Assembly (NCBI GenBank): GCA_021413925.1 | Contig: JAIOPL010000002.1 | Coordinates: 9,655 to 73,654, forward strand | Source of the DNA: Verrucomicrobiota bacterium | GTDB taxonomy: Bacteria > Verrucomicrobiota > Verrucomicrobiia > Chthoniobacterales > UBA6821 | Reading direction: 5' to 3' | Length of the DNA: 64,000 bases | In this document: positions 12,124 to 22,459 of the stretch, piece after piece | Position numbering within the stretch: position 1 is the stretch's first letter | Layout: each line of letters begins with the position of its first letter | Notes under the pieces: model-generated | What the model was told of the DNA's origin: nothing | Seen by the model: the letters and a program-made list of their open reading frames with translations, nothing else | Databases searched by the model: none | Made by a program: the position numbers and the translations under genes

Positions 12124-12986
12124 TTCTCTCACTCCCCAGATCGGCAAGGCTTCCGGCGATAGTTCTCTGCGGAATGATCCTTGCGGTTCTTGTCGGTCCC
12201 TTTCTTTTCCCTCACTCCTTCGCACTGCCAGGGACGGAGACCTATGCAGCACCCAGTGCTACCCACATCTGTGGAACCGACCTAAATGGCCGTGATCTTC
12301 TCCTGCGGATACTTGAAGGGGGACGGATCTCGCTACTTGTCGGCATCTGTGGCGCTGGCATCAGTCTGATCATCGGCACCTCCTACGGCCTTATCGCAGG
12401 GTCTTCAAGCCGGGGCGTTGATAACTCCATGATGCGCTTGGTCGATATTCTCTATTCGGTTCCACGCCTGATTTTCATCCTGATCTTTATCAATGCATTC
12501 AATGAGCGTCTTCAGTTGGCTGCAAGTAACCATGGCTGGGACTGCCTGGTCGCCTCATCGCGCCTAGTCATCCTAATCCTGAGCCTAGGGATCATTGAAT
12601 GGCTTACGATGGCTCGGATCGTACGGGGCCAGACCCTCACCCTGAGAGAGCGCTCTTATGTGGCCGCGGCGCGCGTTCTGGGAGAGGGCTATTGGACGAT
12701 TCTCTGGAGGCACCTCCTTCCCAATCTTGCCGGCATCATCCTTGTCTATCTCACCCTAGCCATACCCTCTGTCATTATCGACGAGGCCTTCCTGAGTTTC
12801 CTAGGTCTCGGAGTCCAAGCTCCACAATCCAGCTGGGGCTCCCTGCTCGCCGAGGGTGCCTCATCCATCAATCCCCTCAAGGGAGCCTGGTGGATGATTC
12901 TCTTCCCCTCATTGGCCCTGCTGACAACACTGCTCGCACTCTATTCAATAGGCGACGCCCTCAGACGCTCCATCTCAGCTAAATAG
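12120..12986 (+). CDS. ABC transporter permease, peptide/nickel type (OppC/DppC-like)
   Basis: ATGA start/stop overlap with the upstream permease. Translation contains 'GTDLNGRDLLLRILEGGRISL' and 'YVAAARVLGEGYWTILWRHLLPN'. Confidence 0.88.
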   Translation: MILSLPRSARLPAIVLCGMILAVLVGPFLFPHSFALPGTETYAAPSATHICGTDLNGRDLLLRILEGGRISLLVGICGAGISLIIGTSYGLIAGSSSRGVDNSMMRLVDILYSVPRLIFILIFINAFNERLQLAASNHGWDCLVASSRLVILILSLGIIEWLTMARIVRGQTLTLRERSYVAAARVLGEGYWTILWRHLLPNLAGIILVYLTLAIPSVIIDEAFLSFLGLGVQAPQSSWGSLLAEGASSINPLKGAWWMILFPSLALLTTLLALYSIGDALRRSISAK

Positions 12987-12990
12987 ATTT

Positions 12991-13080
12991 ACAGGGATAA
13001 AGGAGATGAAGGGGATTCTTTAAAGATGCCGAAAATCTTCGCTCTTTTAGTCATATCCCTTTTATCCCCTTCATCCCTGT
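12991..13080. repeat. 26-nt imperfect inverted repeat built from GGGAT(A/G)AA words
   Basis: The left arm is acagggataaaggagatgaaggggat (12991-13016). The right arm is atcccttttatccccttcatccctgt (13055-13080). Hand alignment gives 22 Watson-Crick pairs and 2 G-T pairs out of 26. Confidence 0.8.
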
Positions 13081-13131
13081 GAGTTTCTTCCCGTCTTGCC
13101 CCAAGTATTGGAAAAGAGGCACGATATTGTC

Positions 13132-14442
13132 ATGAGTGAAGCCGCCGCACGATCCATCGTGGAGAAGCTTCGCGCCAAGGGCTTCGAGGCACTCTATGCT
13201 GGGGGCTGTGTTCGGGATCGCCTCCTCGGCTTGGAACCTCATGACTACGATGTGGCCACGAGCGCCCGACCCGAGCAAGTGGAGGCACTCTTTCCCAGGA
13301 CTGTCCCCGTCGGTGCACAGTTCGGTGTGATTGTCGTGCTGGAGGCAGGGGCCGAGATCCAGGTAGCCACCTTCCGTGGAGACGGCACCTACCATGATGG
13401 CAGGCATCCCGAGAGCGTCCATTACACGGATGCCAAGGGGGATGCCAGTCGGCGCGATTTCACGATTAACGGTCTCTTCTACGATCCGATCGGCGAAGAA
13501 ACCCTGGATTTTGTAGGGGGACGCGAGGATCTGAAGAAGCGCCTTATCCGGGCGATTGGGAATCCTTCCGAGCGCTTTGCCGAGGACAAGCTCCGTCTAC
13601 TGAGAGCCGTGCGTTTTGCAACAACCCTAGGTTTCGCCATCGATCCCCCAACCTGGAGTGCAGTGCTGCAGTGGACCCCTGAGATTCATGCCGTCAGCGC
13701 CGAACGGATCCGTGACGAGTTCTGCAAGATCCTCCTCTCACCGAACCGGCTTCGAGGATTCGACCTGCTGGATGAAAGCGGCCTACTCAGGATGATCCTG
13801 CCCGAGATGGAGACACTGAAGGGTTGCGATCAACCGCCGGACTTCCATCCCGAGGGGGATGTCTTTGTCCATACGCGACTGATGATTTCCCTTCTACCGC
13901 CGACTGTCTCACTGCCTCTTGTGCTCTCGGTGCTCTTCCACGACTTGGGTAAACCCCCGACACGGTTTGTCGATGAGACCGGCCGCATCCGCTTCAATGG
14001 ACATGAGGGCGTCAGCGCCGAGATGAGTATTCGGATCATGAAGCGGCTACGCTTCTCCAATGAGATCATCGATGACGTGATTCCGGCGGTCAGACTCCAC
14101 ATGAGCTTCAAGGATGTCCCGAACATGCGCGTTGCCACGCTCAAGCGCATGATGGCCCGTCCTACGTTTGACGATGAACTCGAACTCCACCGCGTCGACT
14201 GTCTGGCCAGCCACGGAATGCTCGACAACCATGCGTTACTGATTGCCAGGCGTGAGGAGTTCGCCAATCAGCCGCTTATTCCCTCACCCCTTCTCAACGG
14301 CGACGACCTGATCGGACTTGGTTGGAAACCGGGCAAGAAATTCGCGGAAATCCTCCAGGCCATTCAAACCCTTCAACTTGAGGGCACTCTCAACTCTCGA
14401 GACGAGGCGCTTGCCTGGATTTCCTCGGAATATTCCAGTTAA
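13132..14442 (+). CDS. cca: CCA-adding tRNA nucleotidyltransferase with HD domain
   Basis: Motifs 'GGCVRDRLLG..DYDVAT' and HD motif 'VLFHDLGKP'. Confidence 0.9.
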   Translation: MSEAAARSIVEKLRAKGFEALYAGGCVRDRLLGLEPHDYDVATSARPEQVEALFPRTVPVGAQFGVIVVLEAGAEIQVATFRGDGTYHDGRHPESVHYTDAKGDASRRDFTINGLFYDPIGEETLDFVGGREDLKKRLIRAIGNPSERFAEDKLRLLRAVRFATTLGFAIDPPTWSAVLQWTPEIHAVSAERIRDEFCKILLSPNRLRGFDLLDESGLLRMILPEMETLKGCDQPPDFHPEGDVFVHTRLMISLLPPTVSLPLVLSVLFHDLGKPPTRFVDETGRIRFNGHEGVSAEMSIRIMKRLRFSNEIIDDVIPAVRLHMSFKDVPNMRVATLKRMMARPTFDDELELHRVDCLASHGMLDNHALLIARREEFANQPLIPSPLLNGDDLIGLGWKPGKKFAEILQAIQTLQLEGTLNSRDEALAWISSEYSS

Positions 14443-14446
14443 AAAA

Positions 14447-14521
14447 TGGTGGGCAGTGAGGGGATCGAACCCCCGACCAACTCGGTGTAAGCGAGCCGCT
14501 CTACCGCTGAGCTAACTGCCC
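14447..14521 (-). tRNA. tRNA-Val (anticodon UAC), CCA encoded
   Basis: Hand-folded cloverleaf: GGGCAGT/ACTGCCC acceptor, GCTC/GAGC D-arm, GCTCG-CTTACAC-CGAGT anticodon arm, GGGGG-TTCGATC-CCCTC T-arm, 3' ACCA. Length is 75 nt. Confidence 0.95.
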
Positions 14522-14556
14522 TTAAAAATAAATGCTGAATGGCGTCTCAGGGGGGA

Positions 14557-17430
14557 CTAGTCCTCCTGAACCGGCAAGCAACTGCAGAAAATATTCCGAT
14601 CGCCGTACACATTGTCAACACGCGAGACTGAGGGCCAGAACTTATGTTTCTTGAGCCATGCTACAGGATAAGCGGCCTGCGCGCGTGAATAGGGTCTATT
14701 CCACTCGTCGGAGGTAACGGTAAGAGCCGTGTGGGGAGCCCGCTTCAGAGGATTATCGGCCTTGTCGAGCTCACCCCGTTCGATGGCCGTGAGTTCCCCA
14801 TGAATCGCTATCATGGCATCGCAGAAGCGGTCGAGTTCTTCTTTCGATTCGCTCTCGGTCGGCTCAATCATGAGGGTTCCAGCAACGGGCCAGCTCATGG
14901 TCGGTGCATGGAAGCCATAGTCGATGAGGCGCTTCGCCACATCCTCGACCTCGATACCAGCTCGGGCCTTCCACTCGCGGAGATCTAGGATGCACTCGTG
15001 GGCGACCGTGCCGTTGGCGCCCTTGTAGAGGACTGGGAAATAGGACTCGATCCGCTTGGCCATGTAGTTTGCATTCAGGATGGCAATGGCGCTGGCTGCT
15101 GCCAGTCCGTCTGGGCCCATCATGCGAAGATACATCCAGCTGATGACGCAAATGCTGGCACTGCCCCATGGCGCGGCGCTGACCTCGGAGACGGCTTGGG
15201 AACCGCCGGTCGGGATCACGGAATGTCCGGGCAGGAATGGAGAGAGATGCTTAGCCACGCCAATCGGACCCACTCCTGGACCGCCCCCTCCATGGGGGAT
15301 GCAGAAGGTCTTGTGAAGGTTCAGATGACAGACATCCGCCCCGATGTCACCAGGACTGCAGAGTCCGACCTGGGCGTTCATGTTTGCTCCGTCCATGTAG
15401 ACCTGACCTCCCGCCTCATGGATCATCGAACAGATCTCCTTGATCCGGGACTCGAAGACGCCGTGGGTCGAGGGATAGGTGACCATGAGGGCTGAGAGAC
15501 GGTCGCGATGAATCTCTATCTTGGCGCGGAGGTCGTCCACATCGACATTCCCATCGGCATCGCAGGCGACTCCCACGATCTCCATGCCGACCATAGCGGC
15601 GCTGGCTGGATTGGTCCCATGAGCGGAAACAGGGATGAGGCAGACAATACGGTTCATATCGCCTCGTGAACGGTGATAGGCACGGATCACGAGCAGTCCG
15701 GCGTATTCTCCCTGGGAACCTGCGTTCGGCTGGAGAGAGACGGCATGGAAGCCGGTGATCTCGGCAAGCCACCGCTCAAGTTGCTCAAAGATGACTTGAT
15801 AACCCTTGGCCTGTTCTATCGGGACGAAGGGGTGAAGGCCTCCTATCGTCTCCCAGGTGACAGGGAGCATCTCGGAAGTCGCGTTCAGCTTCATGGTGCA
15901 TGATCCGAGTGGGATCATCGAAGTGGTGAGAGAGAGATCCTTGGCCTCGAGGCGGCGCATATAGCGGAGCATCTCGGTCTCGGTGTGGTGTGTATTGAAG
16001 ACCGGATGAGTCAGATAGTCCGAGGTGCGTCGGAGAGCATCGGGAGTCTGCCAGGAGAGTGGATCATTCACCACATTGCCGGGCCCCTTGCCAAAAAGTT
16101 CGATCAACCCATCAATGGAACCGGAAGTCTCATCGAGAGAAACGGACACGGCCGTGTCGCCAAGGAACCTGAGATTGATACCGGCTTTCTCCGCGCGGGA
16201 ACAGAGTGAAGAGGATTCGGCAGAGGTCATGTTTACCCGGACAGTGTCGAAGAAGGGGGCGTTGCTGACGGACCAGCCGTTCTTGGCAAGTAGTGAGGCC
16301 AGCTTGAGGGCATGGAGATGGATCTTCTCGGCGATCTCCCGAAGCCCCTTCGGACCATGGTAAACGGCAAACATGGAGGCGATGACAGCAAGCAGAACCT
16401 GGGCGGTGCAGATGTTGCTCGTGGCTTTCTCGCGGCGGATATGCTGCTCGCGGGTCTGGAGCGTGAGGCGATAGGCGGGATTGCCATCGGCATCACGGGA
16501 GACTCCAACCAAGCGGCCCGGCAGGCGGCGCTTGAACTCGTCACGGACAGCTAGGAATGCGGCATGAGGGCCTCCGTATCCCATAGGGACACCGAAGCGC
16601 TGAGAGGAACCAACGACGATGTCGGCACCGAACTCACCAGGAGGCTTCAGGAGGACCAGGGCCAGTGGATCCGAGGCGACCACGGCGAGACCGCCGGCGG
16701 CATGGATTTTCTCAATCGATGAAGTCGGGTCGATGATCGCTCCATCCGTGGCCGGATACTGGAGGATTCCACCACAGAGACCCGATGTCGGGATCTGATC
16801 TTCACTGCCGACGATCAATACGATGCCCAGCGGTTCCGTGCGGGTGCGGAGCAAGGAGATGGTCTGGGGATGGCAACTCTCCGAGACAAAGAAGGATACT
16901 CCGCCTTGAATACCCTGGGGACCCTTAAGGTCATGACACATCGCCATGGCCTCGGCGGCGGCAGTCGCCTCATCCAGCATCGAGGCATTCGCGATCGCCA
17001 TGCCTGTCAGGTCGCAGACCATGGTCTGAAAATTCACCAGAGCCTCCATGCGCCCCTGCGAGATCTCAGCCTGGTAAGGCGTGTAGGCCGTGTACCAACC
17101 TGGGTTCTCCAGAATATTCCGTTGAATCACGGTGGGCAGGTTCGTGCCGTGATATCCCATCCCGATGTAGGAGGTGCGCACTTCGTTTCTGGAAGCAATC
17201 TCGCGTAGCTCAGCAAGAGCCTCTTCCTCGCTGGCAGCTGGGGGAAGATCCAGCGGCTTTGCGCTCCTGATCTCGGCGGGAACCGTCTTTGCAATCAGCT
17301 CCTCGAGAGAGGCATATCCCAGAGTCTCCAGCATTGCTCGGATTTCCCGATGGTGGGAACCGAGATGTCGGCGGGAGAAGCGCCCGCGGGAGAGAACAGA
17401 GTCTAGTTGGTCAGCCCCGATGGTACTCAT
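14557..17430 (-). CDS. gcvP: Glycine dehydrogenase (decarboxylating), single-chain P protein
   Basis: 957 aa, colinear with GcvP throughout. It lies downstream of gcvT and gcvH. Confidence 0.97.
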   Translation of the reverse strand: MSTIGADQLDSVLSRGRFSRRHLGSHHREIRAMLETLGYASLEELIAKTVPAEIRSAKPLDLPPAASEEEALAELREIASRNEVRTSYIGMGYHGTNLPTVIQRNILENPGWYTAYTPYQAEISQGRMEALVNFQTMVCDLTGMAIANASMLDEATAAAEAMAMCHDLKGPQGIQGGVSFFVSESCHPQTISLLRTRTEPLGIVLIVGSEDQIPTSGLCGGILQYPATDGAIIDPTSSIEKIHAAGGLAVVASDPLALVLLKPPGEFGADIVVGSSQRFGVPMGYGGPHAAFLAVRDEFKRRLPGRLVGVSRDADGNPAYRLTLQTREQHIRREKATSNICTAQVLLAVIASMFAVYHGPKGLREIAEKIHLHALKLASLLAKNGWSVSNAPFFDTVRVNMTSAESSSLCSRAEKAGINLRFLGDTAVSVSLDETSGSIDGLIELFGKGPGNVVNDPLSWQTPDALRRTSDYLTHPVFNTHHTETEMLRYMRRLEAKDLSLTTSMIPLGSCTMKLNATSEMLPVTWETIGGLHPFVPIEQAKGYQVIFEQLERWLAEITGFHAVSLQPNAGSQGEYAGLLVIRAYHRSRGDMNRIVCLIPVSAHGTNPASAAMVGMEIVGVACDADGNVDVDDLRAKIEIHRDRLSALMVTYPSTHGVFESRIKEICSMIHEAGGQVYMDGANMNAQVGLCSPGDIGADVCHLNLHKTFCIPHGGGGPGVGPIGVAKHLSPFLPGHSVIPTGGSQAVSEVSAAPWGSASICVISWMYLRMMGPDGLAAASAIAILNANYMAKRIESYFPVLYKGANGTVAHECILDLREWKARAGIEVEDVAKRLIDYGFHAPTMSWPVAGTLMIEPTESESKEELDRFCDAMIAIHGELTAIERGELDKADNPLKRAPHTALTVTSDEWNRPYSRAQAAYPVAWLKKHKFWPSVSRVDNVYGDRNIFCSCLPVQED

Positions 17431-17807
17431 TGACCGATCTGGGCTGTGTAGGCTTCGGGGGTCAGAAGAGCGTCGATCTCGGCAGGATTGGAAGCCTTTA
17501 GCTTGAAGATCCAGCCCTGACCGAAAGGATCGGTATTCAGGAGAGCGGGATTGGAAGTGAGCGCATCGTTCACCTCGGTAACGACTCCGGAGAGTGGCGA
17601 GTAGATATCGCTTGCAGCCTTCACTGACTCGACGACGGCAGCTGTCGCACCGGCCTTCACCTCGACACCAACTTTCGGAGGCTCGGCATAGACGATATCG
17701 GTCAGCTCCGCCTGGGCATGGTCGGTGATCCCGACAGAGATGATGTCATTCTCCTGACGGATCCATTCGTGAGTCTTGGCGTAGCGGAGGTCTGCTGGAA
17801 CGTTCAT
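17427..17807 (-). CDS. gcvH: Glycine cleavage system H protein
   Basis: 126 aa with lipoyl-lysine context '[16 protein letters not shown]'. Confidence 0.95.
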   Translation of the reverse strand: MNVPADLRYAKTHEWIRQENDIISVGITDHAQAELTDIVYAEPPKVGVEVKAGATAAVVESVKAASDIYSPLSGVVTEVNDALTSNPALLNTDPFGQGWIFKLKASNPAEIDALLTPEAYTAQIGQ

Positions 17808-17850
17808 GCGTTGGCGATTGTGTTGGCGGTTTCTATGTTACAGGGAGGGT

Positions 17851-18966
17851 TCAAAGAGAGGGCTTTTTGTAGAAAGGGAGCGTTGCAATGATAGCGGCGT
17901 AACGGCGACCTCGCACCTCAATTTCTAATTGCGTTCCGGGGATTCTACAGACCTCGGGAAGATAGGCCATGGCGATCCCCTCACCCAGACTCGGGGAGAG
18001 GGCGCCGCTGCAGGTTTCACCCAATGCAACTCCATCGGCCAGAACAGGATAATGGGAACGGAGCGGCGGACCCTGCACGGAAAGCTTGAGGGGTGTCAAC
18101 CGAGAGGGGAGGCCCTCTGAACGCTGCTGCTCCAGAGCCTTACGCCCCGAAAAATCACCCTTCGCGGGATCATCGAGGCCAACAAAGCGATCCAGACCTG
18201 CCTCTAGCGGGGTGCGGTCACGGGAGAGATCCGAGCCATTCAGCGGATAACCCATCTCAAGCCGCAGGGTGTCTCGGGATCCAAGGCCACAAGGCTTCAC
18301 TCCAGCGGCAAGAAGGCGCTCCCAAAGCGCGATGCCATGCGCCACAGGAACAAAGAGTTCAAACCCATCCTCACCGGTATATCCTGTACGGGCGACAAGT
18401 GAGGGAACGATCCCCTCGGAAGAGATAAGCGGAGCAATGCCGTTTCGCTTCGGGATGTCGCAGACAGGATAGAGTCCTCTCAGAACCTTTTCTGCATCGG
18501 GTCCCTGGAGAGCAATGGCTGCATAGTCGTTACCTTGGTCCTGCAGCACAACGGAACCGTCGGCAGGAAGATGACCATGCATCCATTCGAGATCGAGATC
18601 GCGGCAAGCACCATTGATCACCAGAAAATAAGATAACTCTCCCGTCCGGTAGATGATGAGATCATCAATAACCCCCCCCTTCTCATCAAGCATGAGGGTG
18701 TATTGACCCCGGGTGACGGCCAGCTTGCCGACGCGGTTGGTCAAGAGACTCTCCAGCCACGCCAGGGCACCGGGCCCTGAAACAATAACTTCCCCCATGT
18801 GGGAGATGTCGAACATCCCCGAGGCAGACCTGACAGCGCGGTGCTCCTCCATGATGCCGGAGTACTGGACCGGCATGTACCATCCGCCAAATTCTACCAT
18901 GCGGGCGCCACAGGCAACATGGGCTGATTCGAGAGGAGAATGCTTGAGAAGGGCAGGATCGCTCAT
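17851..18966 (-). CDS. gcvT: Aminomethyltransferase (glycine cleavage T protein)
   Basis: Translation 'MSDPALLKHSPL..GARMVEFGGWYMPVQY' starts from the internal ATG at 18966. The longer ORF overlaps speA. Confidence 0.95.
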   Translation of the reverse strand: MSDPALLKHSPLESAHVACGARMVEFGGWYMPVQYSGIMEEHRAVRSASGMFDISHMGEVIVSGPGALAWLESLLTNRVGKLAVTRGQYTLMLDEKGGVIDDLIIYRTGELSYFLVINGACRDLDLEWMHGHLPADGSVVLQDQGNDYAAIALQGPDAEKVLRGLYPVCDIPKRNGIAPLISSEGIVPSLVARTGYTGEDGFELFVPVAHGIALWERLLAAGVKPCGLGSRDTLRLEMGYPLNGSDLSRDRTPLEAGLDRFVGLDDPAKGDFSGRKALEQQRSEGLPSRLTPLKLSVQGPPLRSHYPVLADGVALGETCSGALSPSLGEGIAMAYLPEVCRIPGTQLEIEVRGRRYAAIIATLPFYKKPSL

Positions 18967-18971
18967 AGGGA

Positions 18972-20948
18972 TTAATCGGAAGCTTTTGTTGCTGAGCTCA
19001 TCGACCCATTGGGACGACGCGCGTTGAAATCCAAGTAGGTATAGGACTGGAACATCTTCTCGTACTCGTCGGCGAGACGCATCGCCTCGTTGGGCTTGAG
19101 ACGGTCGCCCTTGAGCGCGGCATCGGCCTGGGACTTGATCTTGCGGGCCAACTCCTTGGTGTCCCACTGAGTGAGGGTCAGTACTTGGTCGATGGTATTG
19201 CCGGGAAGCACCTCCTCGATGTAGTAGCCGGCCTCCTCATCCTCATCGAGAAAGACATGCATCTCGTTCACCCGACCGAAGAGATTATGCAGATCCCCCA
19301 TGATGTCCTGATAGGCTCCGGAAAGGAAAATCCCCAGATAGTAGGGCTCGCCGGGCCGGACGGCATGCACAGGCAGGGTCTCCTTCACATCCTGGAAGTC
19401 AATGAACTTGGCCATCTTGCCGTCGGAATCACAGGTGATATCGACGAGTGTGCCGCTACGCTCCGGAACCTCATCGAGACGGTGGATCGGCATGACTGGG
19501 AAAAGCTGTCCCAAGGCCCAATGATCAAGCAGGGACTGAAAGACAGAAAAGTTGCAGAGAAGCTGGTCAGCCAGAGCCACCTCGAGTTCCCTCACCTCCT
19601 CGGGCACCTGCTTCATCCCGGCATGGAGTTTCACGATCGCGGCGGCGATTTGCCAATACAGGGTATCGATCTTTGCCTTGGAGCGGAGCTCGAGCAGGCC
19701 GAGATCGAACATCGACTGCGCCTGATCCCTTATCTGCTGGGCATCGTGGAAATTTTCCAAACGACGCTTCTCATTGAGTCCGGTCAAGATCTCGAGCATG
19801 TCGGAAACCAGCTTGGGATCCTCCGGAGAGGGCGAGACTTCGGCTCCATGACTCTGCTTCTCGATGGAGCCGAACGCCTCAATGATGAGTACCGAGTGCG
19901 GCGCCACAATGAAACGACCGCTTTCGCTCACGATCACGGGATGCTCGACCTGCTCGGAGTCACAGACCTCCATGATATTGTAGACGATGTCGCGGGTGTA
20001 CTCGTGGAGTGAATAGTTCCTGGAACTATCGAAGCTCGTGCGGGATCCGTCGTAGTCAACTCCGAGCCCACCACCCACGTCGAGATAGCCGAGTGCGTGG
20101 CCCATCTTCTTGAGCTTGGCATAGAAGCGGGCGGCCTCACGCGTAGCGCGGCTGATCGTCTGGATATCTGGAACCTGGGAGCCGACATGGTAATGCAGAA
20201 GCACCAGCGCGTTGGGAATGCCCTCGGCATGAAGCGTATCGCTCATCAAGACAAGATCAGCTGTGGAGAGACCGAATTTAGCATTCTCTCCACCGCTGGT
20301 GGCCCATTTGCCAGCTCCCTTGGAGAGAAGCCTGACTCGGGCGCCTATCATGGGAGTCACTCCGACCTGCTTGGCAACGGCGAGGATCTGGTGAAACTCT
20401 TCCAACTTCTCCACGACAAGAATGACTTTCTTCCCGAGCTTGATGCCGATGAGAGCCGCCCGGATGAACTCGTCGTCCTTGTAGCCGTTGCCAACCACAA
20501 GGCTCTCGGGATCAGAATGGACGGCCAGAGCGGCAATCAGCTCGGGCTTGCTGCCGGCCTCGATACCGAAATGGTAGGGCAGTCCAGCATCGACGATCTC
20601 CTCAACAACCTCGCAGAGCTGATTGACCTTAATGGGGAAAACCCCGCGGTACTGGTTCTTGTATCCGCACTCAGAAATGGCCCTGGCAAATGACTCGTTC
20701 AGCCTGCGAACTCGGTCGCGCAGCAGGTCATGGAACCTCACCAAGAGGGGAAAGCGCAGTCCGCGGTCCCCGGCTTCGGCGACGATTTCCATCAAGTCGA
20801 TCTCCTCGCCCTCCTTTCTCTGAGGCCGCATGGTGACATGACCAGCATCGTTGATCCTCACATATCCCTCGGACCATCCCTCCACGTTGTAGAGAGAGGA
20901 ATTCTGTGCGGTGATGGATCCGTTGGAGTCTTGAGGCATTGATGGCAA
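18972..20948 (-). CDS. speA: Biosynthetic arginine decarboxylase
   Basis: 658 aa with PLP-lysine context 'VFPIKVNQ'. It is colinear with SpeA. Confidence 0.93.
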   Translation of the reverse strand: MPSMPQDSNGSITAQNSSLYNVEGWSEGYVRINDAGHVTMRPQRKEGEEIDLMEIVAEAGDRGLRFPLLVRFHDLLRDRVRRLNESFARAISECGYKNQYRGVFPIKVNQLCEVVEEIVDAGLPYHFGIEAGSKPELIAALAVHSDPESLVVGNGYKDDEFIRAALIGIKLGKKVILVVEKLEEFHQILAVAKQVGVTPMIGARVRLLSKGAGKWATSGGENAKFGLSTADLVLMSDTLHAEGIPNALVLLHYHVGSQVPDIQTISRATREAARFYAKLKKMGHALGYLDVGGGLGVDYDGSRTSFDSSRNYSLHEYTRDIVYNIMEVCDSEQVEHPVIVSESGRFIVAPHSVLIIEAFGSIEKQSHGAEVSPSPEDPKLVSDMLEILTGLNEKRRLENFHDAQQIRDQAQSMFDLGLLELRSKAKIDTLYWQIAAAIVKLHAGMKQVPEEVRELEVALADQLLCNFSVFQSLLDHWALGQLFPVMPIHRLDEVPERSGTLVDITCDSDGKMAKFIDFQDVKETLPVHAVRPGEPYYLGIFLSGAYQDIMGDLHNLFGRVNEMHVFLDEDEEAGYYIEEVLPGNTIDQVLTLTQWDTKELARKIKSQADAALKGDRLKPNEAMRLADEYEKMFQSYTYLDFNARRPNGSMSSATKASD

Positions 20949-21084
20949 ATTGAAGAATAAAAATTAAAACAAACATGCCCTGACTTGGCGACATGATGCT
21001 TCAATTTTTTTGCATTGCCGTATCCTGGAGCAGTAGATGTGAATGGATGGACGGAACCCTTCCTCCTGCCAGACTCCAACCATC

Positions 21085-22350
21085 ATGAAACTCCTTCATA
21101 TCGATGCCTTTGCCGGAATCAGCGGCGACATGTCCGTTGCTGCACTGAGAGATCTCGGGGTTCCCGAGGAGGTTTTTCAGAACGCACTGAGGGCACTGGC
21201 TGTCGAACTTCCCTCATGCCGCTTCGAACGCGGGGACAGGAACGGCATCTCCGGATGGCGCTTTCTCGTGAGTGGCCATGAAGGAGGTGGGGCGAGCAAG
21301 ACCGCTCACCATCATCATGATCACGGACATTCTCATTCTCACGATGATCACGACCACCACGAGAGCCATGGCCATCACGATCACGGGCGCAATCATGCCG
21401 AGATCATCTCCATTCTGGAAAAGAGCTCCCTCGACGAGAAAGTAAAAACCCGTGCTCTTGCTGTCTTCCGAAGGATAGCTATCGCCGAAGGCGGGGTGCA
21501 TGGCGTCCCTCCTGAAAACGTGAGCTTCCACGAAGTCGGCGCGGAGGATTCGATTGCGGACATCGTCTGCGCCTGCGCGGGATTCGACTATCTGACGATC
21601 GATAAGATCACCTGCGGTCCGCTGATCGAGGGCTCCGGACACATCCATTGCGCGCACGGCACATTCCCACTACCGGCACCGGCGACGCTAGCGATTCTGA
21701 AAGGTATTCCCTTCCGTCAGGTCGAGGAACCTTGGGAACACATCACTCCGACAGGGGCAGCGATCCTGGCCGAATTTTCAGGAAGCTTCGGCCCGATGTC
21801 CGAGATGACGGTGACCTCTATCGGATATGGACTTGGCTCTCGGAACACACCCACTCGTCCCAATGCCCTCCGTCTGATCTTGGGAGAATCCATTCAGTCG
21901 GATCTCTCCCATACCGATGAAGTGGTGGAACTCCGTTGCAACCTGGACGATCTGAGTCCGGAACATGCATCCAGCGCTCTTGATGCACTGCTCAGCGCGG
22001 GTGCGCTCGACGCCACCCTCACACCTACTGTCATGAAAAAAGGACGTTCGGGATGGATCTTGGAAGTCCTTTGTCATGAAGAGAAAGTGGGTGAACTCTC
22101 CGAAAGAATGCTCAGGGAAACGACGGCATTCGGTATCAGGCATCAACGCCTGGAGCGCCTCAAGCTTGAGCGCCACTTTGAGGAGGTCGATACACGTTAT
22201 GGAAAAATCCAGGTCAAGATCGGCACCCTCCGAGGCGAGATCCTCCAGCGATCACCGGAGTTCTCCTCCTGTGCGGAAGCGGCAGCCCTCCATGGCGTGG
22301 CAGTTAGGGACATCCACACGGCCGCACTGCAGGCTCTCGATCATTTTTAG
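21085..22350 (+). CDS. larC: LarC-family (DUF111) nickel insertion protein
   Basis: Translation 'MKLLHIDAFAGISGDM' and a His-rich tract 'HHHHDHGHSHSHDDHDHHESHGHHDH'. Confidence 0.85.
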   Translation: MKLLHIDAFAGISGDMSVAALRDLGVPEEVFQNALRALAVELPSCRFERGDRNGISGWRFLVSGHEGGGASKTAHHHHDHGHSHSHDDHDHHESHGHHDHGRNHAEIISILEKSSLDEKVKTRALAVFRRIAIAEGGVHGVPPENVSFHEVGAEDSIADIVCACAGFDYLTIDKITCGPLIEGSGHIHCAHGTFPLPAPATLAILKGIPFRQVEEPWEHITPTGAAILAEFSGSFGPMSEMTVTSIGYGLGSRNTPTRPNALRLILGESIQSDLSHTDEVVELRCNLDDLSPEHASSALDALLSAGALDATLTPTVMKKGRSGWILEVLCHEEKVGELSERMLRETTAFGIRHQRLERLKLERHFEEVDTRYGKIQVKIGTLRGEILQRSPEFSSCAEAAALHGVAVRDIHTAALQALDHF

Positions 22351-22459
22351 TTTATTCTGATGCAGTCGTCACCGGGCAAGAAAAACGCGCAGTAAGGATC
22401 TAATCCGGAACTCTGGAAGTAAACCGACTGAAGGGTCTCGCGCAGAGCAACTGTGGTTT

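Noticed and set aside
14447-14521. tRNA-Val considered as the integration site of the accessory region.
   Set aside because: About 17 kb of ordinary core genes (gcv, speA, pyrG, tal and others) separate it from the first accessory gene. No direct repeat of its 3' end was seen.
18967-18971. Glycine riboswitch upstream of gcvT.
   Set aside because: Only 5 nt separate gcvT from the speA stop codon, so there is no space for an aptamer.
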